Shown here: piece by piece, positions 50,339 to 59,218 of the stretch
Layout of the letters: the number at the start of each line of letters is the position of its first letter
Numbering within the stretch: the stretch's first letter is position 1
DNA from: an uncultured virus (IMG/VR IMGVR_UViG_3300027708_002017)
Lineage: Duplodnaviria; Heunggongvirae; Uroviricota; Caudoviricetes
Length of the DNA: 64,000 nucleotides
IMG/VR virus record: IMGVR_UViG_3300027708_002017
Direction: 5' to 3' (one strand)
The notes under the pieces: generated by a model
Database searches by the model: none
What the model was told of the DNA's origin: nothing
Seen by the model: only the letters and a program-made list of their open reading frames with translations
Program-made: the position numbers and the translations under genes

Positions 50339-50649
50339 GCTACTACCCAATTCATTTCGTCTTTGATTTCAATGCTTTCGGCGCCATCATACTCGTGTAT
50401 ACGAAAGGCTGTGCCTACTGGAACCCAATGCACAACAAGATCCGCAACTCCGCCGTCATACGCTTCTGGGAAACGCATGGTAACGTATGTTTTGGCTTCA
50501 TCCATTTTGCCTTCATCTATGTAGGCGGCCAACACTGGATCAAAAATCAAGTCTTCACCATAGGTGTGATCCCATGTGCTCCAGCCTGCGCCGAATCCTG
50601 GGCTGACTAATACAGCCACTCGTCCATCACGTATTAATTTTTCCATCAT
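50335..50649 (-). CDS. Hypothetical protein
   Basis: VAVLVSPGFGAGWSTW...FRIHEYDGAE. Confidence 0.7.
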   Translation of the reverse strand: MMEKLIRDGRVAVLVSPGFGAGWSTWDHTYGEDLIFDPVLAAYIDEGKMDEAKTYVTMRFPEAYDGGVADLVVHWVPVGTAFRIHEYDGAESIEIKDEMNWVVA

Positions 50650-50873
50650 AATCTCTCTTTCTTTACACGGCCAATACGGCTTGCTTTGTTCCAATCATAT
50701 GCCACACCATCAGGGCATACACCATTCTTGACACTGTCTACACCAAAACGTCCAACTACTTCAAAGTCATCACTTCGAATAGTTACAAACTGATCAATTG
50801 ACTTTGCATGCGCCATTGCTGAATTCAAATCAGCAAACTCCGTTTCTACGTCATTAGCAATTACTCTATACAT
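50646..50873 (-). CDS. Hypothetical protein
   Basis: 75-aa coupled ORF. Confidence 0.65.
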   Translation of the reverse strand: MYRVIANDVETEFADLNSAMAHAKSIDQFVTIRSDDFEVVGRFGVDSVKNGVCPDGVAYDWNKASRIGRVKKERL

Positions 50874-51409
50874 TCTTTCTTTCTTTTTCTATACGTTTCA
50901 TTATTACAATAAGGCCAAATTGTGGGTATCACTGCTTCTTCTATTTCACTTATTTGTTCAGCAGTCAAATGTTCAAGATTCCAAACCAGCACAGGTAGGG
51001 TGTCTATTTCTACCAGGTGCTTTACTGGGAAACTTAGAACGCCGGGTCCTACTTTTCCTTTCTGGATTCGGATCCAGTGGGCTGGAATTGTTTTTACGTC
51101 TTCTAACAGGTATTTGCATACACCCTCCTTAAAACCTTCTGGAAACTGCCAACGCGGTTCCTTCTTTTCTTTCACAGGCCCATACAATGTAGCCAAATCT
51201 ACATCCAATTTGGGACGATGTGTTTGATGGCGATTGATAACCGTGTTGGTTGCGGCCTTGCCAAAATAAAAATTCTTGTCAGGGTAGATGTAATACAAGC
51301 CTCGATGGTCGCCCACTTCTTGCCTGTTGATTGCACCTTCAGTTGTGCTGTAAGGCTCGACCCATGCATAACCCAATTGCCCAAACACTTGACGAATTTG
51401 TGCTATCAC
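50861..51409 (-). CDS. Possible GIY-YIG-like nuclease
   Basis: GLYYIY..FYFGKA..RH..H..E..I..N pattern. Confidence 0.5.
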   Translation of the reverse strand: MIAQIRQVFGQLGYAWVEPYSTTEGAINRQEVGDHRGLYYIYPDKNFYFGKAATNTVINRHQTHRPKLDVDLATLYGPVKEKKEPRWQFPEGFKEGVCKYLLEDVKTIPAHWIRIQKGKVGPGVLSFPVKHLVEIDTLPVLVWNLEHLTAEQISEIEEAVIPTIWPYCNNETYRKRKKECIE

Positions 51410-51597
51410 ATCAAACCTACCATTCTAAAATATTCATCGTGCGGCACATAGAAATCCGTTTTGGGATCCCAGTACTTGCCTTCTTTTGGATCGTAGTACA
51501 AGATACGTCCTGCAACTAAAAATGGACCTTCAAGTTTAGGCAACGGGCCGTAGCCTTGATACAAGTCTGCTGTTCTGCCTAAAATTTTAAATGCCAT
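51406..51597 (-). CDS. Hypothetical protein
   Basis: LEGPF..GRILYYDPKEGKYWDP.TDFY; SD AGGAG. Confidence 0.7.
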   Translation of the reverse strand: MAFKILGRTADLYQGYGPLPKLEGPFLVAGRILYYDPKEGKYWDPKTDFYVPHDEYFRMVGLM

Positions 51598-51626
51598 TAT
51601 TCGCTCCTGTTTGTGTGTATGTATTA

Positions 51627-51655
51627 ATTATACTGTCTTTTGGCTAATACGTCAA
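51627..51655 (-). promoter_or_regulatory. sigma70-type promoter
   Basis: TTGACG-N17-TATAAT. Confidence 0.75.
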
Positions 51656-52050
51656 TCGATTGCCCTACGAAATATCAATTCTTGTTTACTAAACGCATCT
51701 ATTTCCCAAGGTTGTTGCAAATACGCAACACTTCTTCCGTAGAATTTGCCCTTCCATTTTAACCCTCTCGGAACAGGTTGTAATGTACCTTTGGCAAACT
51801 GTGCTACGTGAGCCAACTCGTGCGCCAGTGTTACACCTAGATCTACTCTATTGCGTTGCGGTTTAAGTACTACAAGAATAGTATCAATGCCCAACAATGG
51901 AACGGTTGTGCCATTGTCTTCTAACTCTTTGTCAATTTTTATGTGTAAAAGTTTTTTACTTTTGGTCAACTTCAATTGAGCCAGCATTGAGGGTAATAAT
52001 GTTTCAATGTATCTTTTGGTGCTGGAGCCAGCTTCAATATAAAATTCCAT
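51652..52050 (-). CDS. Zincin-like metallopeptidase
   Basis: TLAHELAHVAQ...PWEIDA. Confidence 0.7.
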   Translation of the reverse strand: MEFYIEAGSSTKRYIETLLPSMLAQLKLTKSKKLLHIKIDKELEDNGTTVPLLGIDTILVVLKPQRNRVDLGVTLAHELAHVAQFAKGTLQPVPRGLKWKGKFYGRSVAYLQQPWEIDAFSKQELIFRRAID

Positions 52051-52079
52051 ATCGCTCTCTGTTTTGTTGCTATGTGTAT

Positions 52080-52108
52080 ATTATAACATCAAAAAGAAAC
52101 CCTGTCAA
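52080..52108 (-). promoter_or_regulatory. sigma70-type promoter (its -35 lies inside the terminator hairpin)
   Basis: TTGACA-N17-TATAAT. Confidence 0.8.
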
Positions 52109-52116
52109 GCAGGGTT
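52091..52116 (-). terminator. Intrinsic terminator at the end of the tRNA array
   Basis: AACCCTG-CTTGA-CAGGGTT-TCTTTTT. Confidence 0.75.
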
Positions 52117-52118
52117 AA

Positions 52119-52196
52119 TGGAGCAACGGGAGGGATTTGAACCCCCGGTTTTAGGGATTTGCAATCCCTTGCATTGGACCTCTCTGCCACCGTTGC
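52119..52196 (-). tRNA. tRNA-Cys(GCA)
   Basis: Cloverleaf, AGGGA-TTGCAAA-TCCCT, U73, CCA. Confidence 0.93.
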
Positions 52197-52200
52197 ATAA

Positions 52201-52276
52201 TGGTAGGACGTGACGGGTTCGAACCGCCGACATTCTGCGTGTAAGGCAGACGCTCTACCAACTGAGCTAACGTCCT
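52201..52276 (-). tRNA. tRNA-Val(TAC)
   Basis: TCTGC-CTTACAC-GCAGA, CCA. Confidence 0.95.
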
Positions 52277-52282
52277 AAGTTT

Positions 52283-52558
52283 TTATTTGTATTGTGCTCT
52301 GCGATCAATTGCACGATCTCGCGGAGTATCAAATTTGATTTTCTTGATATAGTCTACGCCACACTCGCCTGATTGGAAATCAAGCAATGCACTAACATTA
52401 CTGTGCAAGTGTTCAAATTTTTGACTATCTTTGTTCTGTCGACGAATTTCTCGACTACGTGCGGCCGCCATAATGACAAGATTAAATCTATTGCCACCGG
52501 ACATTTCTACAATTTTGTCATTATCTAATTGGCCTACGCGGCTAGCTGTTTTAATCAT
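52283..52558 (-). CDS. rpoZ: RNA polymerase omega subunit-like protein
   Basis: GNRFNLVIMAAARSREI...ALLDF resembles the RpoZ core. Confidence 0.75.
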   Translation of the reverse strand: MIKTASRVGQLDNDKIVEMSGGNRFNLVIMAAARSREIRRQNKDSQKFEHLHSNVSALLDFQSGECGVDYIKKIKFDTPRDRAIDRRAQYK

Positions 52559-52577
52559 GTTCTATCCTTAAAATTGT

Positions 52578-52606
52578 ATTATACTGTCTAGCTGACAGAA
52601 TGTCAA
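52578..52606 (-). promoter_or_regulatory. sigma70-type promoter for rpoZ-tRNA-Val-tRNA-Cys
   Basis: TTGACA-N17-TATAAT. Confidence 0.85.
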
Positions 52607-53163
52607 CTATATTGCACGTCTGCAGCCAAAATAAATCTATAGTCTTCACTTTGGGCAATGCCTGGACGATGCCATAAATGACTAGGATAAATTAGCCATG
52701 TATAGTAGCTAGGGCGCACAAAAAACTTTTGATCACCTTCTGGTCCGTTTAAGGCAATCTCTGTCCCGCACGTATCCGAGTCTGCAACATCTTCAGGAAT
52801 ATGCAAATACATAATGCCACTGATGCCCTGTCCACCGTGTTTATCATGATGATGCCAGAGTGTATCTCTATCCGGCTGAGTAGACTGTTTAGTCATAAAA
52901 CTCCATGCCATCATGTTACTAACCCTTGCTTCATGTCCTAGATATAAGAATACACTGGTCAGGAATGTCATTCTATACTTTAACCAAATTGCCTCACTGC
53001 GTCCAAACAAATTTTCTTCTGTTTGGAATGGAGGGCTATTTTTAAAGTACTTGCCGCTTTCGATTATACTTTTGATAATGCCTATAGCTGTGTCGTTTTC
53101 GGTAGCTGTGATCAAGCTACTGTAATCATACTTACGGCAAATTTCGTTTTGATCTATAATCAT
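52603..53163 (-). CDS. 2OG-Fe(II) oxygenase
   Basis: WHHH..SGIMYL..IYPSHLWH..RFILAAD. Confidence 0.8.
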   Translation of the reverse strand: MIIDQNEICRKYDYSSLITATENDTAIGIIKSIIESGKYFKNSPPFQTEENLFGRSEAIWLKYRMTFLTSVFLYLGHEARVSNMMAWSFMTKQSTQPDRDTLWHHHDKHGGQGISGIMYLHIPEDVADSDTCGTEIALNGPEGDQKFFVRPSYYTWLIYPSHLWHRPGIAQSEDYRFILAADVQYS

Positions 53164-53720
53164 ATATTAAATGCAAACACCTTGCGGACGTTATCATTGA
53201 GTTTTTGTGGAATCTCATGTTCTAACCAGGCATTCCACAACATTATCATACCTGTTTCTGCTTTCACTTCAAATTCATGTGATCTGTTATCGCCAAATAC
53301 AGATGCGGCCCGGGGATCATGGAATACTATAGGCGGAACATCTTCACCTATATCTAAATACACAATACCCGAGAATGTAGCATTAGAATGCATATGACGT
53401 TTCATATAAGCATACTGTTTCATCGAATGAAAAAATCCGTAAGGATTAAATTTAATTTCGTTGTAAGGTATGCCACATTCTTCTGCTAGTGCGGCCGCAT
53501 GATTGTTCATAATATATGATAACACTTGCTGGACAACCAATTCAGAATTTACCGATTGATTATGTCTGGAATTGTATGTCGTAGGAAAATTATCTACACC
53601 AAACAACGCTGTATCCGTGTCGGGCAAATACTTGTCGCAAACAAGCAACAATTCTTTTGCAATATCCAAATTTACACTTTTTACAATGCAAGTTGGAAAG
53701 ACACGGTCTACAGTTATCAT
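53160..53720 (-). CDS. 2OG-Fe(II) oxygenase (TIGR02466-like)
   Basis: HMHSNATFSGIVYL..FHDPR..WLEHEI..RKVFAFN. Confidence 0.85.
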   Translation of the reverse strand: MITVDRVFPTCIVKSVNLDIAKELLLVCDKYLPDTDTALFGVDNFPTTYNSRHNQSVNSELVVQQVLSYIMNNHAAALAEECGIPYNEIKFNPYGFFHSMKQYAYMKRHMHSNATFSGIVYLDIGEDVPPIVFHDPRAASVFGDNRSHEFEVKAETGMIMLWNAWLEHEIPQKLNDNVRKVFAFNI

Positions 53721-53986
53721 GCAGTGCGCAAAATCAAATGATAGCCAAATTGTGTTTGCACTGGCTCACTTAATGCGCCGGGCTCTAATGCAAATGTTGC
53801 ATCTTCGAATGGCTTGACCATTTGTCCGCGACCAAACGGACCTAAGTTCCCACCTTGACGACCGCTAGGGCATTTACTGACTTGACCGGCAATGGTGGCA
53901 AAATCTCCGCCGTTAAGAAGCTCATCATGAATCTTCGATGCTTGTTCTTGTGTTTCTACTAAAATGTGACTTGCTGTTACTTGCAT
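53717..53986 (-). CDS. ppiC: Parvulin-type peptidyl-prolyl isomerase
   Basis: ASHILV, SKCPSG..GGNLG.F.RGQMVKPFE, PVQTQFGYHLI. Confidence 0.95.
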   Translation of the reverse strand: MQVTASHILVETQEQASKIHDELLNGGDFATIAGQVSKCPSGRQGGNLGPFGRGQMVKPFEDATFALEPGALSEPVQTQFGYHLILRTA

Positions 53987-53997
53987 GTTTTTTCCTT

Positions 53998-54510
53998 TTA
54001 TAAAATAGTTTCTAATAATTTTCTAATTTCTAAATTTAGCAAAGGTAGATTATTAAATGTTGTATTATTTTTACAAATCCAATTTGTTACTTTTACACCT
54101 TTAGCTAAGTTAAATTGTCCGCTTTTATGTACATAGTTGGCATTACATTCTGCCCACGTTAACTGTGCGATAGCAAAATTTGCAGGGTTTGACTGTATAC
54201 AAAGCAAATAATCAAACGAGTGCGCAAACGTTTGTTTGTTAGTATTCGCCAATGAAATTCTGCCAACTATGTCATCTCCTTTGAACATTTCAAAGGTCGA
54301 TTTTAATTCATATTTTAACCCAGTTTGCTGATCAATGCTATCGTATCCTTCAGCGTCTACATACTCTAATCTACCACCAGTGGCTTTTTCCAAAGCCAGG
54401 GCAATAACATCGCCTTTAAGGAATCGCAAATTCGGTTTATTAAATTGATTTCCTAATCTATCTAACATATCGACTACCGGTTGGTAGTCTACATTTACTA
54501 AAAAACTCAT
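53998..54510 (-). CDS. PD-(D/E)XK nuclease-like protein
   Basis: GYDSID...KYELKS. Confidence 0.5.
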   Translation of the reverse strand: MSFLVNVDYQPVVDMLDRLGNQFNKPNLRFLKGDVIALALEKATGGRLEYVDAEGYDSIDQQTGLKYELKSTFEMFKGDDIVGRISLANTNKQTFAHSFDYLLCIQSNPANFAIAQLTWAECNANYVHKSGQFNLAKGVKVTNWICKNNTTFNNLPLLNLEIRKLLETIL

Positions 54511-54525
54511 AGGTTCCTTTAAAAT

Positions 54526-54602
54526 TGGTCGGAGTACAAGGATTCGAACCTTGGACCCCCTGGTCCCAAACCAGGTGCGCTACCAGACTGCGCTACACTC
54601 CG
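54526..54602 (-). tRNA. tRNA-Pro(TGG)
   Basis: CCTGG-TTTGGGA-CCAGG, CCA. Confidence 0.95.
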
Positions 54603-54608
54603 AAATAA

Positions 54609-55256
54609 TTACCAGCCGAAAGATACTCGGCTTGCCTGTGCATCACCTACGCCTAAATTGCCAGATATGCTGATTCTATAGTCATCCGAACTGTAAAACG
54701 GATGCACCGAATGATTGAGCAGTGCTGGAAACAATATCATTGTACCTTCATAGGTCTTGTCTGCTGGAATAGCCCAAGGATTAATACACCCTAATATATC
54801 AAGATATTGGAATGTAAAGTTTCCAGAACAATTCCTATCTTCTAATACATAGCTGGTAGCTTCTTTTTCTTCTTGTATTGTGTAGGGAATCTTAACCCAG
54901 AGCACATACGAAAAATTACCACTATGACTATGCAACGGATTAAATTCGCCTTTGCGTTGAAAATTTACCCACGACTCGCCTGCTTTGTATTCTTCAAGAG
55001 GTCTAGTTTTATAACTAAATGCTTGTGCAAATCCGCCAATTAAATTTCTAGCCAGTTTTTCCAAAAGGTCGTGATTCTTAACCATTTGGTATTCGTGAGC
55101 CAATTGTCCCACCAAACTCTTTTGCATGGGAATAGCTTTTGTAAAATCTTCCTGGATTTCTGCAACTTCTGCTAGAATAGGTGCAAATTCTTCTTCTGTA
55201 AGTTTAGCACCCACAAATCCAAAATTTGGAAAACTACAATTATAATAATCTATCAT
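54609..55256 (-). CDS. 2OG-Fe(II) oxygenase
   Basis: WVNFQ..EFNPLHSH..FPALLNHSVHPF..RISISGN. Confidence 0.85.
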   Translation of the reverse strand: MIDYYNCSFPNFGFVGAKLTEEEFAPILAEVAEIQEDFTKAIPMQKSLVGQLAHEYQMVKNHDLLEKLARNLIGGFAQAFSYKTRPLEEYKAGESWVNFQRKGEFNPLHSHSGNFSYVLWVKIPYTIQEEKEATSYVLEDRNCSGNFTFQYLDILGCINPWAIPADKTYEGTMILFPALLNHSVHPFYSSDDYRISISGNLGVGDAQASRVSFGW

Positions 55257-55274
55257 GTGTATACCTTTTTATAA

Positions 55275-55348
55275 TGGAGCGGGATAAGAGAATCGAACTC
55301 TTGACCGAAGATTGGAAATCTGCTGTTTTACCATTAAACTAATCCCGC
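55275..55348 (-). tRNA. tRNA-Gly(TCC)
   Basis: Loop TTTCCAA, U73, CCA. Confidence 0.93.
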
Positions 55349-55456
55349 ACTTTATTAAAACAAACTAAGGTGTATTAAGTATGCTAGCTATGCCGAGCAG
55401 TGACTGGGATACCAAACCTGATCTTTTTACGGATTCTAATTTGTTTTAATAAAGTG
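55348..55456 (-). ncRNA. Stem-enclosed RNA cassette A
   Basis: Perfect 17-bp inverted repeat (55348-55364 / 55440-55456) around about 75 nt. Confidence 0.55.
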
Positions 55457-55650
55457 TTTAGCTACCCTCTCCCGAAGGCCCTAAACTGGGCGTAGTATCC
55501 GTACTGCATATTTCTATATGGACAGTTAATGCTCTGTCCTACGATTTTTTAAGTCTCCCGACATGGGTCTGTAAGGCAAGATCGTAAGCGCCTGATGGAT
55601 CTGGTAACCATCTACCCACTTTTAATTACCCTCAAAGTGTAACGGGGGAA
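55457..55650 (-). ncRNA. Putative multibranch structured RNA
   Basis: Helices GGCG/CGCC, TTACGAT/ATCGTAG, GACAG/CTGTC, CATAT/ATATG, AGTA/TACT, GATGG/CCATC. Confidence 0.5.
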
Positions 55651-55651
55651 C

Positions 55652-55727
55652 TGGTGCCCCTTGTCCGACTCGAACAGACCACCTACTGATTACAAATCAG
55701 TTGCTCTACCAGATGAGCTAAAGGGGC
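55652..55727 (-). tRNA. tRNA-Thr(TGT)
   Basis: ACTGA-TTTGTAA-TCAGT, CCA. Confidence 0.95.
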
Positions 55728-55737
55728 AAATAATTAA

Positions 55738-55950
55738 TTATGCTTCCGGTGCGGCCTCAGGTGCAACATATGGTGCATTACCACGAGCTGGTCCGCGATC
55801 GTTACGTGTAGGAGTTTTGATAACAACTTCACTACACAGCTGAGCATCAATCATCATGCGCTTGTATTGATTGCGTTGTTCTGTGTTAACAATACTGCAC
55901 AACATACGTTTGGTTTGTTTGCTTAAATTAAATGTCTTACCTGGTTTCAT
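55738..55950 (-). CDS. Small basic hypothetical protein
   Basis: 70 aa MKPGKTFNLSKQTKRML..., between tRNAs. Confidence 0.65.
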   Translation of the reverse strand: MKPGKTFNLSKQTKRMLCSIVNTEQRNQYKRMMIDAQLCSEVVIKTPTRNDRGPARGNAPYVAPEAAPEA

Positions 55951-55968
55951 ATTTTCTCTTTTTAAAAA

Positions 55969-56056
55969 TGGCGGAGTATGTAGGAATCGAACCTACTCAC
56001 CCATTGCTGAATGACAGATTAGCAATCTGTTGCCTTAACCGGTCGGCCAATACTCC
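55969..56056 (-). tRNA. tRNA-Ser(GCT)
   Basis: ACAGA-TTGCTAA-TCTGT, long variable arm, G73. Confidence 0.94.
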
Positions 56057-56086
56057 ATGTTTGGTATTTTACTTATATCATCTAAC

Positions 56087-56171
56087 TGGTGCGACTGCCC
56101 GGAATCGAACCGGGACGCTGTTAAGCGAGAGATTTTAAGTCTCTTGTGTCTACCTATTTCACCACAGTCGC
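56087..56171 (-). tRNA. tRNA-Leu(TAA)
   Basis: AGAGA-CTTAAAA-TCTCT, long variable arm. Confidence 0.95.
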
Positions 56172-56177
56172 GATATC

Positions 56178-56251
56178 TGGCGTACCCCCAGGGACTCGAA
56201 CCCCGACGAACAGTTTTGGAGACTGTGATGCTGCCATTACATTAGGGATAC
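56178..56251 (-). tRNA. tRNA-Trp(CCA)
   Basis: ACAGT-CTCCAAA-ACTGT, G73. Confidence 0.93.
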
Positions 56252-56256
56252 ATGAT

Positions 56257-56346
56257 TGGCGGAAACGGTGAGATTTGAACTCACGGTGCCTTTCGACACG
56301 ACAGTTTTCAAGACTGTTGCAATAAACCGGACTCTGCCACATTTCC
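56257..56346 (-). tRNA. tRNA-Ser(TGA)
   Basis: ACAGT-CTTGAAA-ACTGT, long variable arm. Confidence 0.95.
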
Positions 56347-56421
56347 ATATAGAAACACACTAGCGGCAATGCCATCTTACTATCCCAGTATGTCGGGTGT
56401 TGGCTAATGTGTTTGTATATG
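56346..56421 (-). ncRNA. Stem-enclosed RNA cassette B
   Basis: CATATACAAACACATTAGC / GCTAGTGTGTTTCTATATG (18 of 19 pairs) around 38 nt. Confidence 0.55.
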
Positions 56422-56502
56422 GTGCCCCAACCGAGACTCGAACTCGGACGCTTGCGCACTGGCTTCTAAGACCAGCGTGTCTACCAATTCCACCATCGGG
56501 GC
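56420..56502 (-). tRNA. tRNA-Leu(TAG)
   Basis: CTGGT-CTTAGAA-GCCAG. Confidence 0.95.
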
Positions 56503-56516
56503 AAAACTTTTTATAA

Positions 56517-56529
56517 TTTTTAAAGAACA
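56517..56529 (-). promoter_or_regulatory. boxA-like Nus antitermination element
   Basis: TGTTCTTTAAAAA (boxA consensus GYTCTTTAANA) between promoter and tRNA-Leu. Confidence 0.6.
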
Positions 56530-56556
56530 AATTTACTAATTGCTTAGTATGTGACT

Positions 56557-56585
56557 ATTATATAACACATACGATACAATGTCAA
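56557..56585 (-). promoter_or_regulatory. sigma70-type promoter
   Basis: TTGACA-N17-TATAAT. Confidence 0.85.
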
Positions 56586-56604
56586 CAACTATTTAATATT
56601 ATCT

Positions 56605-56679
56605 TGGCCGGTCCTGAGAGGATCGAACTCCCACCGTCGGTTTCGAAGACCGAAATGATATCCATTTCACCAAGGACCG
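56605..56679 (-). tRNA. tRNA-Arg(TCG)
   Basis: TCGGT-CTTCGAA-ACCGA. Confidence 0.92.
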
Positions 56680-56680
56680 A

Positions 56681-57874
56681 TTATGCTTTTAACTTTGTTA
56701 AATCTATTTTATAGCCTTTTAAATAGGCTGTCATCATGGACACATCTGTTGGATAATATCCAGTGATTGTACCAGTTGCTTCAACTTCAGCAAGCCATTT
56801 TTGCCATCTTGCAGATTTCTTTAAATGGTCAACTGAACGTATTTTTAATGCGTTCCAAAAAGGACTGTCGATTTGATTATCACCGCAGTAGTTTAACGCC
56901 ATCAAATTTTGTATGTCTTCCATAGCCTCGTTATTAAATTTATTGATAACATGATTCATTTCGTCTATAGATGCTTTATTTAAAACACCATCAATAAAAC
57001 AATCGGACAACAATGCATAGTAATGCAATGGCATTGCCTGTTGCGGTTCATATAGATATAATCTGTTGCCCATGGATAAAATTCTTCCATCTATAGCACG
57101 AGCTTTTCTATAAGGCCGCCAGCTAAAATTTCTCAGTGTTGATGCATCTATGCCTTTGATTTTACTAAAATCTTCTACGGCTTCTTTGTAGGAAGTAAAC
57201 TCTTTGTTATAACAATACCCAAATGCTTTTCTTAATGTTAGAGGAACACCAAACATCCACCCATTGTTGTGTACATACGCCGATGTATTATTTTCCTGAT
57301 AGTCTTTAAAATCAGGATTCAATATCACAGAATTAACTGATTGAAATACATCTGTTACATAAGTGTCACTGTCTAATTCTTCTGCTTTTGGAGATCCTGA
57401 ACAATCTACTACAAAATCAAATGTATAGCTGTCGGCTTTGCCTTTGACTAACACACTGTTCTCTTGATTCTCTACAGATATTACTTCATCAAATATTTCA
57501 TGAAAATAGCTATATTTGTCAACGAGCTTTTTAAAAACATAATTACTCCACTTATCGCTGTTTAAATGTAAACCGGGAGTGTAGTAACGAATAGTAAAAT
57601 CGTTGCCGTTGGCATCTGCCCAAAAATATTTTGTATAATATCTGAGTGTGCCGTCGTACTTTTCTAATTCTTCTAAAAAACCTACACCTAACACATCTCG
57701 CATGGTATCATGTACAAGTCCGCTAGTACTTTCTCCCACTTGTGCTGTGGGCTTTGTGGGATCACTTAGACAATACAGTTCTATATCCGTGAACTTGCCG
57801 CGGGTTAGAGTTTGTATCATAATTAATATTGATATTGCACTGGCCGTGCCGGCTCCTATAATTCCTATTTTCAT
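56681..57874 (-). CDS. Tryptophan halogenase-like flavoprotein (divergent)
   Basis: IGAGTAS, VGEST, VDCSG, GWMFGVP, GNRLYLYEP. Confidence 0.75.
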   Translation of the reverse strand: MKIGIIGAGTASAISILIMIQTLTRGKFTDIELYCLSDPTKPTAQVGESTSGLVHDTMRDVLGVGFLEELEKYDGTLRYYTKYFWADANGNDFTIRYYTPGLHLNSDKWSNYVFKKLVDKYSYFHEIFDEVISVENQENSVLVKGKADSYTFDFVVDCSGSPKAEELDSDTYVTDVFQSVNSVILNPDFKDYQENNTSAYVHNNGWMFGVPLTLRKAFGYCYNKEFTSYKEAVEDFSKIKGIDASTLRNFSWRPYRKARAIDGRILSMGNRLYLYEPQQAMPLHYYALLSDCFIDGVLNKASIDEMNHVINKFNNEAMEDIQNLMALNYCGDNQIDSPFWNALKIRSVDHLKKSARWQKWLAEVEATGTITGYYPTDVSMMTAYLKGYKIDLTKLKA

Positions 57875-58461
57875 TTTATATACACCACTCGGTTTTTACT
57901 AGCTTTAACTAGTGATTCAATAGTTTCTTCTAATCTGTTTACATTAAAAGATATAGATCTTCTTTTTGTATTAGTTGTCTTAAGCGGAATACGATGTGGT
58001 GTTTCGGCTGGCCAAATCATCATCTTTCCAAGTTTGGATTCATACGGTGTAGCAACACCGTTGATTCTAAATTCTATACGGGACTCTGGTTCTGTAAATT
58101 CATGATAGTAAACACCGGACAACATAGTAGGCTTATGATTGTGCCAAAGTGCCGCACTGCCTTCTTGCATGTCAGTTGCCCAACAGTCTACAATTTTAAA
58201 ATTTGTATCGCCTAGATAATCTTCAACGTTTTTTGTAATAACACTTTTTAAAACATCAAGATTATGGAGATCTATAATGTTAATCATCATGTCTCCATAA
58301 CTAGTAGCCACACGCGGTGTGCCAATAGGTTTACCTTGTTTTATATCTTCGTCGTCGAATTGATTAGAATAATGTAAAGGCAAATTATAAAAGTCACCTA
58401 GTTCTTTTTGTAAATCTTCAAAGTATTGTCCCGTGACTTGGTATTCTTTAATTTTACTCAT
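57871..58461 (-). CDS. 2OG-Fe(II) oxygenase
   Basis: WHNH..LSGVYY..WPAETPH..RRSISFN. Confidence 0.85.
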   Translation of the reverse strand: MSKIKEYQVTGQYFEDLQKELGDFYNLPLHYSNQFDDEDIKQGKPIGTPRVATSYGDMMINIIDLHNLDVLKSVITKNVEDYLGDTNFKIVDCWATDMQEGSAALWHNHKPTMLSGVYYHEFTEPESRIEFRINGVATPYESKLGKMMIWPAETPHRIPLKTTNTKRRSISFNVNRLEETIESLVKASKNRVVYIK

Positions 58462-59197
58462 TGGGCATCCTTGGCTGACTTAATCTATACCACATTAGCC
58501 CGTCTACTAATTCGTTATATTGACTTGCATCTAAATTACAAAATTCAAATATGGGCTGTAAGAATGCATTTTCATCGCCGTCTAAATAATCAGCGTATGA
58601 TATGTGCAGTACATTATCTAATACATATTTCTTTTTGGCAGAAACAAATAAGATTTCTTCGTCGAGCCATTTAAAGAATTCAAGATTTTCTAAATTTAGA
58701 TGTTGTATTCGATTGACACATTCATTGTAATCCTGCTTGTATTTTTCTACTAAGCCTGTCAGCAAACTAACATTACCACTGATTGATTTGTGTAGAACAT
58801 TAAATCTGCATCGCTTTATTTGATCACTAGTAGTGTCTATACAAATAAATTTTGCAGTAGGAAACGCTTCTATGAATATGTCAAGATTAGCACAATGTAA
58901 TGATATTACTGTTGGCCTATAAAAGGGTATTATAAAATTTTGTAAGTGCTCTATTCGTTGCGCAGTGGTCCACGTTTCATAGTGTGTATCATCTACAATA
59001 GCTCTGCCGATATCACTAAACAAATGGTCTTTGTATACACCTTGTATATGACTAATATAAGTGTTGCCGTGTCCCGAACCTTTACTGTCTACAATAAGAT
59101 TGACTTCAGGTGTTAGAGCTTTCTGTATCATACTGGCTAGAAAAGTTCCGCCTGCACCTAACGGATAGCATATAAAAATAATAGGGTGATCATTCAT
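58454..59197 (-). CDS. Sulfotransferase-like / P-loop protein
   Basis: ICYPLGAGGTFLASMI; FPTAKFI; ISYAD. Confidence 0.5.
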   Translation of the reverse strand: MNDHPIIFICYPLGAGGTFLASMIQKALTPEVNLIVDSKGSGHGNTYISHIQGVYKDHLFSDIGRAIVDDTHYETWTTAQRIEHLQNFIIPFYRPTVISLHCANLDIFIEAFPTAKFICIDTTSDQIKRCRFNVLHKSISGNVSLLTGLVEKYKQDYNECVNRIQHLNLENLEFFKWLDEEILFVSAKKKYVLDNVLHISYADYLDGDENAFLQPIFEFCNLDASQYNELVDGLMWYRLSQPRMPNE

Positions 59198-59218
59198 CAA
59201 CTATATATCTTATTTAAG

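Noticed and set aside
1495..53817. Numerous 60-230-aa ORFs antisense to or nested in long genes (e.g. 14139-14747, 25819-26517)
   Set aside because: Shadow ORFs with no motifs, SD or promoter, lying opposite well-supported genes.
50861..54510. Mobile homing-endonuclease or intron elements (GIY-YIG-like 50861, PD-(D/E)XK-like 53998)
   Set aside because: Motifs are weak, and no interrupted host gene, intron structure or terminal repeats were seen.
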